From: Methanobacteriota archaeon
Lineage (GTDB): Archaea; Thermoplasmatota; Poseidoniia; Poseidoniales; Poseidoniaceae
Reading direction: 5' to 3'
Assembly (NCBI GenBank): GCA_014240385.1
Contig: JAAZXA010000068.1
Location: 29,090-93,089, forward strand
DNA length: 64,000 bases
Made by a program: the position numbers and the translations under genes. How positions within the stretch are numbered: position 1 is the stretch's first letter; every line of letters begins with the position of its first letter. The notes beneath the pieces are model-generated. The model saw only the letters and a list, made by a program, of their open reading frames with translations. It was not told the DNA's origin and ran no database searches. This document shows, piece after piece, positions 1 to 9,384 of the stretch.

Positions 1-152
1 TTTCCAGTTATGGTCGGTAGGTCTACTCGTTCCAACGGAGTCCATTCTGGTTTCCTGCGCTGTAATTCATTGATGAGGTGTTCATCTGAGTATCTTTTCA
101 ATCTCTTCCGGTCACCCTGACTGAGACCTCTAATTTTGTGCTGTTTAGTCAT
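1..152 (-). CDS. hypothetical protein, N-terminal part only (C-terminus lies beyond window start)
   Basis: PM-ATG at 150-152; frame MTKQHKIRGLSQGDRKRLKRY... stays open to position 1. Confidence 0.6.
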   Translation of the reverse strand, partial: MTKQHKIRGLSQGDRKRLKRYSDEHLINELQRRKPEWTPLERVDLPTITG

Positions 153-163
153 GAGCGGTTCAA

Positions 164-379
164 TCATTCAGGGGAGATGGTCTTTGCCCAGCGGATTAGT
201 GCAAGTTCTCTTGCAACTTTGTCGCTGAGTAACATGCACCCAATGTATTGGTCTAGGGCTTGAAATTCCTCTTTTGCTTTTTCACAAAATAATTCATTTT
301 CCTTATTGCCTGCACAGATCGTTCTTATTTTGTGTAGGCTGTAGCGTAAATCAATCACTTCTTCCTCGATTTCCTTCAT
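164..379 (-). CDS. hypothetical protein (71 aa)
   Basis: track ORF 164..625 trimmed to PM-ATG at 379. Confidence 0.7.
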   Translation of the reverse strand: MKEIEEEVIDLRYSLHKIRTICAGNKENELFCEKAKEEFQALDQYIGCMLLSDKVARELALIRWAKTISPE

Positions 380-387
380 GAGCGGTT

Positions 388-1104
388 TCAATTGGGTTTC
401 ATTTGAATCCAATTGTAGAGTCTCAAGAACTCGTACATCACATTTCCAGTTGGGTTTTCTGGATCGTGTGTTGAGGTTCCTTTGATTCCAAAATATTTCT
501 TCACATCCTTCACCCTCCAATTTGAGTTTGGTTGGATATGTGGCCCACCTGGACGGATTTCCTCCGTTTTGGGGTCGTAGCCAGTCCATAGGGACAGGTC
601 TCGGTGACTGATTATGAGGTTCCACATGGCTCCCCCCATTGGGTTGCCATTGACGGAAAGGATGTCTTCGCCGTTTTGACGGGCTATCATTTCCTTTTCG
701 AACTGTTCCATGAAAGGGCTTACGCGCATTTCATGGGTTAGGGGTGTTGCATCATCTTCTTCTCGGGGATCTTTCCCGTTAAAGTGATATTCAATGTGTT
801 CATCCGTTAGTTCGTCGTAGAAATCGTAGGTTCTCCATGTTGCTGTAATTACCAGCCCCATGAACCACCCATCTTTTTCGTCATCATAACATTCATGTTC
901 CCACCAAGTAATGAGATTCTTCCGATACAGACAACTTAGAATTGTGTCCATCTGTTCTTCGGTTTTGTTCATATTGGTAGGCATATCGTGACCGAAGACA
1001 TCGGAGTAATAGGGTTCTCCGATGCCCCAGTTGTACCATCCTGTCTCCTTGAGCCAATCTAGTGTTTCTTTTTCTGCTTCCGTAAGGTGCATTTTGTTTT
1101 TCAT
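388..1104 (-). CDS. hypothetical protein (238 aa)
   Basis: track ORF 388..1329 trimmed to PM-ATG at 1104 (MKNKMHLTEAEKE...). Confidence 0.75.
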   Translation of the reverse strand: MKNKMHLTEAEKETLDWLKETGWYNWGIGEPYYSDVFGHDMPTNMNKTEEQMDTILSCLYRKNLITWWEHECYDDEKDGWFMGLVITATWRTYDFYDELTDEHIEYHFNGKDPREEDDATPLTHEMRVSPFMEQFEKEMIARQNGEDILSVNGNPMGGAMWNLIISHRDLSLWTGYDPKTEEIRPGGPHIQPNSNWRVKDVKKYFGIKGTSTHDPENPTGNVMYEFLRLYNWIQMKPN

Positions 1105-1231
1105 GAGCGGTTTGTTGATAGACCGGCTACCTTTGTTGAAGGTTGCCGGATATAATGTCACCTCCAAGTGAAGGGGGGCAGGGGGATTTCCGGTGAGGCT
1201 TGGGTGGCCTCCCTCTACCCCCTGTCTCCAC

Positions 1232-1429
1232 TTATTCTTCATAGCGTTCTTCATAATCATGAATCTTCCAAGAGCCAACGGTATTTCCGTTGATATCTTT
1301 GATTCTTCCTTCCCCGTGTCCGTTGGCAATCATATCGCAGATGTCTGCGAAAATGCGCCTTGTCTCTGGTAAAGGGGTTTCATTGAACGCTGCGTTGTCT
1401 ATGTTGTATTCGATTTCAATTTTCGACAT
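1232..1429 (-). CDS. hypothetical protein (65 aa)
   Basis: track ORF; PM-ATG at 1429. Confidence 0.7.
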   Translation of the reverse strand: MSKIEIEYNIDNAAFNETPLPETRRIFADICDMIANGHGEGRIKDINGNTVGSWKIHDYEERYEE

Positions 1430-1601
1430 GAGCGGTGGATGGTGTGTAGGTCTGACATGAAGACAAATGTTCCCATACTATCTTCAATATTTTGATTTTC
1501 ATTTCTTTCCTGATGGATCTGTTATTCTGGACATAGTCTCGAATCTCATCCCATCTGCTTTCGTTTTTCCCTAGTTTGTTTCTAGCGTGTTGTTCTAGCA
1601 T
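1416..1601 (-). CDS. hypothetical protein (61 aa)
   Basis: track ORF 1416..1667 trimmed to PM-ATG at 1601 (variant CATGAGCGGA). Confidence 0.65.
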   Translation of the reverse strand: MLEQHARNKLGKNESRWDEIRDYVQNNRSIRKEMKIKILKIVWEHLSSCQTYTPSTAHVEN

Positions 1602-1608
1602 GAGCGGA

Positions 1609-1773
1609 TTAGACATCCCAACAAAGGGGCGTTCGGTTCTCCTTTGCAATTCTCCTGCAAGTTGCACAGGGGATTTTTCCCCCGTCTTTGACTATCTTTC
1701 GTTCCTTCTTGCTAAGATATGAAGTAAACGGTTTCTCTCTGTTGCATATTGAACAGTTGTACCATCGTGGCAT
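1609..1773 (-). CDS. zinc-ribbon protein (54 aa), below track cutoff
   Basis: PM-ATG at 1773; MPRWYNCSICNREKPF...CATCRRIAKENRTPLCWDV; two CxxC pairs; stop abuts next PM. Confidence 0.6.
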   Translation of the reverse strand: MPRWYNCSICNREKPFTSYLSKKERKIVKDGGKIPCATCRRIAKENRTPLCWDV

Positions 1774-2011
1774 GAGCGGTAATGATGGATCGACTTGTCA
1801 TGAAGGAGATCGCAGCGTTTAAGGGTTGCAGACTATCCGATTGTCATAGGCTTCTCGAATAGTCGAGAGCGAATCATCTTCTTGGCCCTCCTTTCCTTGA
1901 CTTAATATCCTGCATCTTACCCAGCTACTAATTACTGAGATTACTCGCTTTGGTGTCGTCCAAGGATTGGACACCTATTGCTTCAATCCGTTCATATTCG
2001 CTGTGAGCGGT
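1774..2011 (-). ncRNA. non-coding island A (candidate structured RNA or operon boundary)
   Basis: no ORF; opens with TGA-ACACCGCTCACAG (2003-2011), conserved hairpin at 1952-1975, closes with PM-ATG at 1773. Confidence 0.4.
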
Positions 2012-2013
2012 GT

Positions 2014-2382
2014 TCAGATGTAGTCATCTGAACCTTCTTCTCTGATGCCCCATCGACCAACTTCAATCTTAATTGAAGGTAGGTAATGTTCATGGCAATT
2101 CTGTATCTCGAATGCAAGCATTCCATCGGGTTCGGAATCATAAGCACCATATTTGCGCCAGACAGACAATAATGCTCGCATTTGTGTCTGTAGGCTCTTT
2201 GCAAGAAGTATTGCATTCTCTGTGTCGATATCATATCCCAAGTTGGTGGTTGCCTCGCTGTAGGTGTCCTTCGCCATGATGGTGAAAGATTCACTCAACA
2301 TTGCTCCTACTGTTTCACAATCCATGCTTGCAGTATACAGTTGCCATGTTTGGGCATCTAGTTTACACTTGTAGTGTTTCAT
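2014..2382 (-). CDS. hypothetical protein (122 aa)
   Basis: track ORF; PM-ATG at 2382. Confidence 0.75.
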   Translation of the reverse strand: MKHYKCKLDAQTWQLYTASMDCETVGAMLSESFTIMAKDTYSEATTNLGYDIDTENAILLAKSLQTQMRALLSVWRKYGAYDSEPDGMLAFEIQNCHEHYLPSIKIEVGRWGIREEGSDDYI

Positions 2383-2393
2383 GAGCGGTGTTG

Positions 2394-2900
2394 TTATGGT
2401 CCTTCCACATCAACTGTGTCGTTCCAAGTGCAACTGGTAATGTGGTCCCATTCAACTCTTTCAGCGTCTTCACCATCAACATTCCAGGTATGCTCCGTTA
2501 GAGCATTTCTGAAATCGTAGGATGCATACGATAGAGCGTTGTAAGCTTCTTCGGTAGCATCGCTGTTGGCTTTCACGCCTTTGGCGTTCGCATCTCCACT
2601 GCAGTACAGGCGACTTAACGCCCTGAATAGTAAGATTTCCAACGGTGATGGTGTCCAACTCATTGCTCGTTGGATCTCTTCTTCTATCTCTAACTCTGCT
2701 TCGTTGCGGCTGTGCGGTGAGCCTGTTTCGTTGTGGGCGACATGCAGTTGCCAGTCGTTGAGCGCCTCTAGCGCATCAGCGGGTCTATCTTTTTCTCCTA
2801 AGATGTCGCTTAATCTGTTCAAGGCCTCAGTCAAACTTGGAATCGTATGATTCGCAAGATGTTGTCCTGCCCTTGTGTTTAACCAATTTCTATTAGTCAT
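2394..2900 (-). CDS. hypothetical protein (168 aa)
   Basis: track ORF 2394..2957 trimmed to PM-ATG at 2900. Confidence 0.75.
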   Translation of the reverse strand: MTNRNWLNTRAGQHLANHTIPSLTEALNRLSDILGEKDRPADALEALNDWQLHVAHNETGSPHSRNEAELEIEEEIQRAMSWTPSPLEILLFRALSRLYCSGDANAKGVKANSDATEEAYNALSYASYDFRNALTEHTWNVDGEDAERVEWDHITSCTWNDTVDVEGP

Positions 2901-2908
2901 GAGCGGTT

Positions 2909-3856
2909 TCATGTGGGTCCATTGGATTCTCCGTATGCGCCACTTGGTAGAGTCCATCCTCCCCTGGAACGAATCAATTGTCTTTCTTCAATCCATGCCT
3001 CGACGAGGTATGTGACGCCTTCGTATGGTGTTCCTTTCTCTACCAATTCTCGGACACTCACGCCTTGCTTGATTGTAAAACCGAATTCTTCTTCGTATTT
3101 CGCAATCTTCTCCACCATTGCTGGATAGAGTTCGGCGGCTGATGCCCATTGATTCGCATTTCCGAATATGCAGGTAATGCATGACAGTCTGCCCCATCCT
3201 AGCCAGTATGCTGGATGAGCCATGATTCTGTGTTTTTCCATGATTTCCCACACTTGTTTTTCTGTCCAATCGTGAATTGGCCTCCAATGATGCACCGTTC
3301 TCAATTTTCCATGACAACGGTGATTCTCGAAGGTGTTGTAGTTGGATCGTGATTTGCTTTCTCCTGCTCTCTCACCAGTCACAACAAGGGTCTTCTTGCC
3401 CTTGAATCGTTCTTGGTTGTTGATTGCTGCGCTCATCACATCGATTTTCAAATAGGCACTGCACCATCTTACCCGCAGATCTGCGGAGACTTGTGGAAAC
3501 TTGCGCCTTGTACCATCAGGGCCTTTACCCCCTGATGAATCGATTGTTCCGTCTGGGTTCTCCCAGAACACCTTGCCTGTCGGGCTGTTATCTCGTAGCA
3601 TCTCTTGCTCGAATCCGCCATCTCTCCAACTGAAGTAGATGGGAACATTGAATTCCTTTGCGAATTCCCGACAGTAATCTTCTGTTATCGGCCAATCCAT
3701 GAATGGATCGCTTCCTGGCGCACCATCAATGAGATGGTGCCACAGTTCTATTTTCTCTTTGTCAACACCGTTGTCTAGCAGGTCAAGGAAACAAGCTGTT
3801 GAGTCCTTTCCTCCGCTAAAGGCAACGATGATGTAATCGTATTCATTTAGGTTCAT
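2909..3856 (-). CDS. PAPS reductase-family PP-loop ATPase
   Basis: PM-ATG; N-terminal PP-loop IIVAFSGGKDSTACFL; C-terminal Cys pair LSCITCIFG typical of the phage PAPS-reductase-like family. Confidence 0.75.
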   Translation of the reverse strand: MNLNEYDYIIVAFSGGKDSTACFLDLLDNGVDKEKIELWHHLIDGAPGSDPFMDWPITEDYCREFAKEFNVPIYFSWRDGGFEQEMLRDNSPTGKVFWENPDGTIDSSGGKGPDGTRRKFPQVSADLRVRWCSAYLKIDVMSAAINNQERFKGKKTLVVTGERAGESKSRSNYNTFENHRCHGKLRTVHHWRPIHDWTEKQVWEIMEKHRIMAHPAYWLGWGRLSCITCIFGNANQWASAAELYPAMVEKIAKYEEEFGFTIKQGVSVRELVEKGTPYEGVTYLVEAWIEERQLIRSRGGWTLPSGAYGESNGPT

Positions 3857-3892
3857 GAGCGGTTCATTCCGACAAGGGAATTTCCTTGTTGG

Positions 3893-4126
3893 TTATTGTA
3901 GTTGTGAAACTGTTGTTACTGCGCGTTCGCCTTTAATCACCTTCTGTAAAGCATGAAGGCTGATTACAAGGGGGATGTAGGTTTGCCCATCCCCTGTTGT
4001 GTATGTTTCACAGTTTCCCATTTCGTTTACATTGATGGAGATCTTGATTGCTCCACCTTGGTTGCTTCTTCGGGCGTAGCCCACTAGCCTAGCGGGTGCC
4101 GTATCATCTTTTTCTTCAATAGACAT
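3893..4126 (-). CDS. hypothetical protein (77 aa)
   Basis: track ORF 3893..4165 trimmed to PM-ATG at 4126. Confidence 0.7.
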   Translation of the reverse strand: MSIEEKDDTAPARLVGYARRSNQGGAIKISINVNEMGNCETYTTGDGQTYIPLVISLHALQKVIKGERAVTTVSQLQ

Positions 4127-4136
4127 GAGCGGTAAA

Positions 4137-4586
4137 TCACATTTCGAATTTAGTGATGCCATCATCTTCCGATAATCTCACTTTACGGCCAATCATTGTA
4201 GCCTGTTTTCGAAGTGCTTTGATTTTAGCGTGTTGTTCTAGCAGTCCTTCTCCATCTAGCATTGCTATGATTTGGAAGGCTTTTTTGTGCGAACGAATAC
4301 TATCCAGAATATCGTCAATCTTCGACAATAGTTCCCACATCTCGGGGCTTATCGTCATCTTGACTGCAGTTCTGTAATCGTCTGCACAGAATCCCTTTCC
4401 ATTAGTTTCTCTTCCTTTGACGAAGTGTCCGTGGCCGATGTGACCGGGGACTGGGAGTTTCGCAAAAATATTCTCTCTAAGGGTTGAGTCGTTTCTGCAT
4501 ATACAGAGGGGATTAGCCCTCATTCTCTCTCTCCCGCCAATACTCCAAGAAGCGGGGGAGAACTGTAGTGTAAATTCAGTTTTCAT
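4137..4586 (-). CDS. hypothetical protein (149 aa)
   Basis: track ORF; PM-ATG at 4586. Confidence 0.75.
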   Translation of the reverse strand: MKTEFTLQFSPASWSIGGRERMRANPLCICRNDSTLRENIFAKLPVPGHIGHGHFVKGRETNGKGFCADDYRTAVKMTISPEMWELLSKIDDILDSIRSHKKAFQIIAMLDGEGLLEQHAKIKALRKQATMIGRKVRLSEDDGITKFEM

Positions 4587-4597
4587 GAGCGGTCCCT

Positions 4598-4849
4598 TTA
4601 GGCTAGGGGATTTAATCCTTCTTTCCTGATTATTTCAGTCACTTGAAATTGGTGCCGGTGTTTGGTACAGGTTTCGTTAAGAAGGGGTTCCCAATGGGGT
4701 GCTAAAAGGGCGTTTTTGTTTCCTGGACATACTCCAGTATGTCCTTTGGTAATATTCTCTAATTCTTCCTCTGTTGCCCAGCCTTCTTCGGGCCAGGTGT
4801 GCTCTGCTTTACAGAACTTGCATCGGAAGATTGCTTTTATCTCTGCCAT
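4598..4849 (-). CDS. Cys-containing small protein (83 aa)
   Basis: track ORF; PM-ATG at 4849; CKFCKAEH...CPGN. Confidence 0.7.
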   Translation of the reverse strand: MAEIKAIFRCKFCKAEHTWPEEGWATEEELENITKGHTGVCPGNKNALLAPHWEPLLNETCTKHRHQFQVTEIIRKEGLNPLA

Positions 4850-4856
4850 GAGCGGT

Positions 4857-5087
4857 TCAATTTGTTACTTGCCAAATTGATTCTTTCCATCGTCGGCCTC
4901 TGTCGTAACATCTCTTTGTTTCGACCTTGACGAACTCTGGGTTCTTTCCCAAGACATTGTTCAATGTTTGGATTGAGGTTCCTTCTTTGGTATTCATATT
5001 GATGTGCTCAAGTATCTCATGTGTTGAGGCATTTCCTTTCTCTTGCACATACTCTATTGCCATTTTCTTGATTCTAATGGAGACCAT
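4857..5087 (-). CDS. putative winged-helix DNA-binding protein (76 aa)
   Basis: track ORF 4857..5156 trimmed to PM-ATG at 5087; wHTH call is pattern-level only. Confidence 0.6.
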   Translation of the reverse strand: MVSIRIKKMAIEYVQEKGNASTHEILEHINMNTKEGTSIQTLNNVLGKNPEFVKVETKRCYDRGRRWKESIWQVTN

Positions 5088-5095
5088 GAGCGGTT

Positions 5096-5251
5096 CTATT
5101 CGGGCTGTAGAATTTTGTATTGTAACAGGCCCACTTTCAGGAAGTGCCTGATACAATCTGATCTAGATAACCCGTGCGTATCTGCGATTTCATCAATTTG
5201 TTTCAATTGACCTTTGCTTATTCTGAGACTCACCATCCCTTTTGTTGTCAT
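5096..5251 (-). CDS. ribbon-helix-helix (CopG/Arc-like) protein (51 aa), below track cutoff
   Basis: PM-ATG at 5251; MTTKGMVSLRISKGQLKQIDEIADTHGLSRSDCIRHFLKVGL fits a strand-helix-helix pattern. Confidence 0.55.
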   Translation of the reverse strand: MTTKGMVSLRISKGQLKQIDEIADTHGLSRSDCIRHFLKVGLLQYKILQPE

Positions 5252-5260
5252 GAGCGGTGT

Positions 5261-5470
5261 TCAGGAAAAGTCTGCTCCGCAATTGTAGCATTGATCTATT
5301 CCTGTGTTTGCATGGTGGTCGCAACATTTCGGGCAGATTTCATTTTCTGCACAAGGGCAACCGTTCAAGATTCTTCGCATCTCTTTAATCCAGCAATTTA
5401 CCAAATAGCGTTGGGTTTCTGTAGTAAAGGTGTCGATGTTGTTTTCCATGTCTTCAAGTATTGTTTCCAT
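5261..5470 (-). CDS. Cys-rich zinc-finger protein (69 aa)
   Basis: track ORF 5261..5494 trimmed to PM-ATG at 5470; CPCAENEICPKCCDHH...CYNCG. Confidence 0.7.
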   Translation of the reverse strand: METILEDMENNIDTFTTETQRYLVNCWIKEMRRILNGCPCAENEICPKCCDHHANTGIDQCYNCGADFS

Positions 5471-5478
5471 GAGCGGTT

Positions 5479-6354
5479 TCAAACTGGAACCCATAGTTTC
5501 CTGCCATTAGATGAACAGGCTCGGACTAGAGAGGCTGCAGCACTTGGAGAATTGAAGGTCACATCTCGAGTAAATCGTAAATGTTTGCCGTCTTCAATTA
5601 TTGCTCCTTTTTCAAGGAGTTCTTTTCTCCATCTTTGCTCGCTTAACCTCCATGAGTCTCGGGGTTGCTTGTTTGCTGTAGATCCACGAAATACCACGAA
5701 CTTCTCGTTGCGGTATTGGCCTGTTGCTTCAACACCATTTGTTAGTGCAAGCTTCAGCATATCGTTGTCCCAGTATTCTTCTGATAGCCAGTTTCCCTTG
5801 TTATCCATGCATAGAACCTGCTTACCGCCGGCTCCTTCCCATGGACTGTTTGAAAATACGACTGATACTGACGGCCATCTTGACGCTCCGCCCTTAACAT
5901 GTGCAGGGCCGGTGAAGTCAAGTCTCCCTTTGAAGAAAACCAAATGCGAAGCATGAGGAAAAATCCAATTATGCCACATCAGGGTTTCACAGTTGGTAGG
6001 TCGGATTAGCAAGACGACGATTTCTGCATCGCCATTCTGCACAGAATCAAATGCCTTCTTTACGAACGGTTTGATTCCGTGGCTTGTTTTGCTGGAGTAT
6101 GGCGGGTTGCACCATACTATTCCTTCCCACTTCTGTTCTAGGGAGTCCATCTCAATATCGTAGTAATTCTCGCATAGGGCGTTTTCTTCGCTTGCAGCCG
6201 CATCCAATGTGAATGGGCCGAATCTGGCATTTAGAGAATCGAATATTGCTGTCGGAGTGCGCATGTCGTTTTCATCGCTATTCTTCTGCTTTCGATTCTT
6301 ATGCCAGGAGCGAACTTCCTCTGGCGTCATTTCAATTGATATCTTTTCAGACAT
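5479..6354 (-). CDS. DNA N6-adenine methyltransferase (phage Dam family) with extra C-terminal domain
   Basis: PM-ATG; FTLDAAASEENALCENYY...VWCNPPYS signature; C-terminal FNSPSAAASLVRACSSNGRKLW resembles a DUF4357-type domain (from memory). Confidence 0.8.
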   Translation of the reverse strand: MSEKISIEMTPEEVRSWHKNRKQKNSDENDMRTPTAIFDSLNARFGPFTLDAAASEENALCENYYDIEMDSLEQKWEGIVWCNPPYSSKTSHGIKPFVKKAFDSVQNGDAEIVVLLIRPTNCETLMWHNWIFPHASHLVFFKGRLDFTGPAHVKGGASRWPSVSVVFSNSPWEGAGGKQVLCMDNKGNWLSEEYWDNDMLKLALTNGVEATGQYRNEKFVVFRGSTANKQPRDSWRLSEQRWRKELLEKGAIIEDGKHLRFTRDVTFNSPSAAASLVRACSSNGRKLWVPV

Positions 6355-6361
6355 GAGCGGT

Positions 6362-6652
6362 TCAAGGAGGGGAAGGCCATGTTGGGCAATGTTCTCTCAA
6401 CATTGCTGCCAATATCTCAGTAGCCTCTGAAGCTACTTCTCGGCTAATCCCTCGTTCAGTCCATTGGTCGTAATTGCCTTCTAGATTTTCGTAGTCCAGA
6501 AGTTTCAAGCATTCGTATGCTGCAATTGCAACGCTTTGATCATATTTGCATGTACCCTGTAATCCACAGCATGGACAACAGACGCACATTCCTTCACCAC
6601 CATTCCATGTGGCTGCTCCGCAAGTGCAGGGGTATGTTTTCTTTTTTGTCAT
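6362..6652 (-). CDS. Cys-rich protein (96 aa)
   Basis: track ORF; PM-ATG at 6652; CTCG...CVCCPCCG. Confidence 0.7.
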   Translation of the reverse strand: MTKKKTYPCTCGAATWNGGEGMCVCCPCCGLQGTCKYDQSVAIAAYECLKLLDYENLEGNYDQWTERGISREVASEATEILAAMLREHCPTWPSPP

Positions 6653-6758
6653 GAGCGGTGTCCTCGATTATGAGGATGATTTCGGTTATTTCTCCGTTGT
6701 TGTCTCTCTTTACATCATGTGGTGTGCAAAGTCCGTATTTGGGGTGCATGTAATGCAT
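6594..6758 (-). CDS. possible small protein (54 aa) reading through the next PM
   Basis: PM-ATG at 6758; frame runs across the PM at 6650 out of frame and overlaps the next gene by 59 nt. Confidence 0.35.
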   Translation of the reverse strand: MHYMHPKYGLCTPHDVKRDNNGEITEIILIIEDTAHDKKENIPLHLRSSHMEWW

Positions 6759-6766
6759 GAGCGGTT

Positions 6767-7237
6767 TCATTCATCGAATGAAAGTTTGTCAAAACCGAAG
6801 TTCATCGTGTAGTAGTAACCATCATAAATCTCACCATATCCCTCGATGACAACTATGTCACCAATGGACATTGATGTGTGTCCGACTTCGTTTTCACTCA
6901 TCCAGTTCTGTCCGAATCTTGGATTATCTGGTTCGAGCGGTATTGCGTTGTCGAACTCGTCATAGCAGTTAATCCTGCCTTTGCCGTCCCAATTACGATA
7001 TTCTTCTGCAAGTGGGTTTGTTGCGTATGAGTTCATTCTTCGGAAGATGGCTTCAAGGGTGATTTTTGGTTCGTTATCCTGTGAAGGAACCAAGCACAAG
7101 CCGTCTTCCTCAAGGTTGAATACGACCCAACTGGGCAACTCAGCCCATTGTTCTTCGATTTCTTGCTTTGTTTGTAGTTTCCTGTCTCGGAACATAAATT
7201 CACAGTTCCTCTTTCCGTACAAGATCTTAATCTTCAT
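6767..7237 (-). CDS. hypothetical protein (156 aa)
   Basis: track ORF; PM-ATG at 7237. Confidence 0.75.
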   Translation of the reverse strand: MKIKILYGKRNCEFMFRDRKLQTKQEIEEQWAELPSWVVFNLEEDGLCLVPSQDNEPKITLEAIFRRMNSYATNPLAEEYRNWDGKGRINCYDEFDNAIPLEPDNPRFGQNWMSENEVGHTSMSIGDIVVIEGYGEIYDGYYYTMNFGFDKLSFDE

Positions 7238-7246
7238 GAGCGGTAT

Positions 7247-8152
7247 TCAGTCTCGGTAATTCGGGAACTTGTAGTACATAAGCCACCATGTTCCTCTAAT
7301 CTCATCGCCACAATTACTGCAGCATTGAGCCTTGCCGATACTTTTCTTCGTTTGTGTTCCGTAACAGTAATCGATTGGTTCTCCTGCTTCGCTACGGAAT
7401 AGTTTCTCGATAACTGACTTTGGAATATCATTTTCAGCCCATTTGAACACAAGTGTTCCATTGGTTTTCAATAATCTCCATAGTTCTCGGAATCCCTTAG
7501 CGAGGTTTTCTTGCCAATCATGTCCTAGATACCCATACTTCATTGTGATGAATCCTGTGCCTTTCTTTTTCACATGGGGTGGATCCCATACGATGTGATT
7601 GAAGGTCTCGTCATCAAATTGAGGTAAGTAGGTGAAGTCCCCCAGAATATCTGGTTTGCATTCCCATCCGGGTTGGGATGGTATAGGCACACCGTCTGGG
7701 TCTTTTCGAGGCATCATTACTCCTTGAGAGCCTTCGCCTTTGACTTCTATCCTTTGATCTAGGAACAATACATTCGGATTGTTTTTGTGGTTTTTGTGCC
7801 AAATCGACCTTGAACCTGCTGTTGCATCGAGGATCAATAATTCATTGGCAGTTGGTATAATGGTTGAGTTGATGGTGATTCTCCACCATCCTCTGTCTAA
7901 ACCATCTTTTTCCACATCTCCTTTTCCTTTCAAGGAACCAAGTGCTGTTCTTACTCGGTGTTTCCATTCGGGTTGATTAGTTCCACATGTGCAGCATTGG
8001 CTGCAGAGATAATCGTCATCGCATAGGTGAGGGAAAGAATCCTTCACATATTCGTAAATGACGGTTATTTTGTGGATTCCCTCTGGAACCACTTTCGTTA
8101 TTCCACCGTCCATTAGTTCCTTTTGCAATTTTCTGTGTTGCAATTGTTGCAT
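7247..8152 (-). CDS. DNA methyltransferase (N6-A/N4-C type) with Cys-rich N-terminal domain
   Basis: track ORF 7247..8209 trimmed to PM-ATG at 8152; motif I ILDATAGSRS and motif IV VWDPPH. Confidence 0.7.
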   Translation of the reverse strand: MQQLQHRKLQKELMDGGITKVVPEGIHKITVIYEYVKDSFPHLCDDDYLCSQCCTCGTNQPEWKHRVRTALGSLKGKGDVEKDGLDRGWWRITINSTIIPTANELLILDATAGSRSIWHKNHKNNPNVLFLDQRIEVKGEGSQGVMMPRKDPDGVPIPSQPGWECKPDILGDFTYLPQFDDETFNHIVWDPPHVKKKGTGFITMKYGYLGHDWQENLAKGFRELWRLLKTNGTLVFKWAENDIPKSVIEKLFRSEAGEPIDYCYGTQTKKSIGKAQCCSNCGDEIRGTWWLMYYKFPNYRD

Positions 8153-8162
8153 GAGCGGTTCC

Positions 8163-9002
8163 TCAGTTCCATCGCATTGCAAACCTGATAAGGTACTTGC
8201 GTTTTGCACATGAGGTCCTTATTGTAACAAACATAGTTCCATATCCGTTAGGATGGCCGTCGTTGACGGTTAGGTCTGTTGGACAATAGATTTCGATTCG
8301 GGCATTGTTCAATACCCAATTCGGCATTTTTGCTAATTGATCTAAGCGGTAAGCTTCTAGCGTCCCCGACATCTTAATTCCCCCTGGGTTATCAATGGGA
8401 ATAATGACGGTGTTGCTTTCCGATTCGCCTGCGGTTCTGCTTAATTTGAATTCGTTCTCATCAATTGCAAATTGTGTTTGCTGGAATGATTGTGCCAATG
8501 ATTTCAATTTCATCTTCAAGTTTTTGTCTTGGATAGTGAAATTCCTATTAGGCCCCCTCATCCTCTCGAGTTTGGGGTTCATCAAGGATTGAGATGAAAA
8601 ATCGTTGCGGGAATTTTTCCATTTGGAGTTGTTTCCCCAACGCATGGTGAATTCACCATCTTCATCTTCTAATTCAACGGTTGATTTGCCTGCAATTGAG
8701 GCTCCACTCATTCCTTTGAATGTTTTCCATTGCGTCTTGGAGAAATTTCTTCCAACTTCTCCATTGGCAATTTCGTGATTAGAATAGTCAATCCGGTTCA
8801 AACTGAGAAGTGGCATTATCTCTTCATTGCCTATACTCCACCATTCATGCTCCTGTGAATTGGGGTCAATTACAGGTGCCGTTGATGAAAGGAGGAGGCC
8901 TTGTTCACAAAATCCGATTCTAATCGAATCCTCGTTTCCAATTAAGCGATTGGCTATGCCAATTATCTGTCTATTTGCTGTAGCATCTAGTGTTGCTTTC
9001 AT
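8163..9002 (-). CDS. hypothetical protein (279 aa)
   Basis: track ORF; PM-ATG at 9002. Confidence 0.75.
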   Translation of the reverse strand: MKATLDATANRQIIGIANRLIGNEDSIRIGFCEQGLLLSSTAPVIDPNSQEHEWWSIGNEEIMPLLSLNRIDYSNHEIANGEVGRNFSKTQWKTFKGMSGASIAGKSTVELEDEDGEFTMRWGNNSKWKNSRNDFSSQSLMNPKLERMRGPNRNFTIQDKNLKMKLKSLAQSFQQTQFAIDENEFKLSRTAGESESNTVIIPIDNPGGIKMSGTLEAYRLDQLAKMPNWVLNNARIEIYCPTDLTVNDGHPNGYGTMFVTIRTSCAKRKYLIRFAMRWN

Positions 9003-9008
9003 GAGCGG

Positions 9009-9107
9009 TCAAATGATTTTTCCACATTTCTGACAAGACTGGGGGTGAACCCCTGAATGTCTAGGACATGGGTTTTCGCAAATACAATCTTCTGATTCAT
9101 CAGTCAT
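9009..9107 (-). CDS. Cys-rich micro-protein (32 aa)
   Basis: PM-ATG at 9107; MTDESEDCICENPCPRHSGVHPQSCQKCGKII; stop TGA directly precedes the next PM. Confidence 0.5.
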   Translation of the reverse strand: MTDESEDCICENPCPRHSGVHPQSCQKCGKII

Positions 9108-9133
9108 GAGCGGTTTAGGATTACGAGTGTATT

Positions 9134-9376
9134 TCAACTCTTGGGGCGAAAATGTGCCTCGACTCCAGCCCAAATCCATACGGTTTCATGATCTCCATAA
9201 GTGACGATTACTATGTCTTGGGGTTTGTACCCGTCTTGCAATAAATGCTCAATGTTTTCGTCTGGTCCGCTTGAGGCGAACATTTTGAATCCAGGGTAGG
9301 GTGGATCTAGTTCATCTCTTGCGTTCCATAAGACGGTTTCACAAAACCAGCCTTCTACTCTATCTATTTCGGTCAT
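9134..9376 (-). CDS. hypothetical protein (80 aa)
   Basis: track ORF; PM-ATG at 9376. Confidence 0.7.
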   Translation of the reverse strand: MTEIDRVEGWFCETVLWNARDELDPPYPGFKMFASSGPDENIEHLLQDGYKPQDIVIVTYGDHETVWIWAGVEAHFRPKS

Positions 9377-9384
9377 GAGCGGTC

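Noticed and set aside
5174-5956. Long plus-strand ORFs antisense to the early genes (for example 5174..5956, 15443..16225, 11290..11775, 24274..24654, 36542..36859)
   Set aside because: These are shadow frames opposite well-supported minus-strand genes. Their composition is low-complexity (Ser/Leu/Cys/Phe-rich) and they have no start signals.
8163-9002. Possible PCNA/sliding-clamp-like protein (also considered for 23367..24494)
   Set aside because: Only a vague resemblance in N-terminal pattern and length, with no diagnostic motif I can point to. Left as hypothetical.
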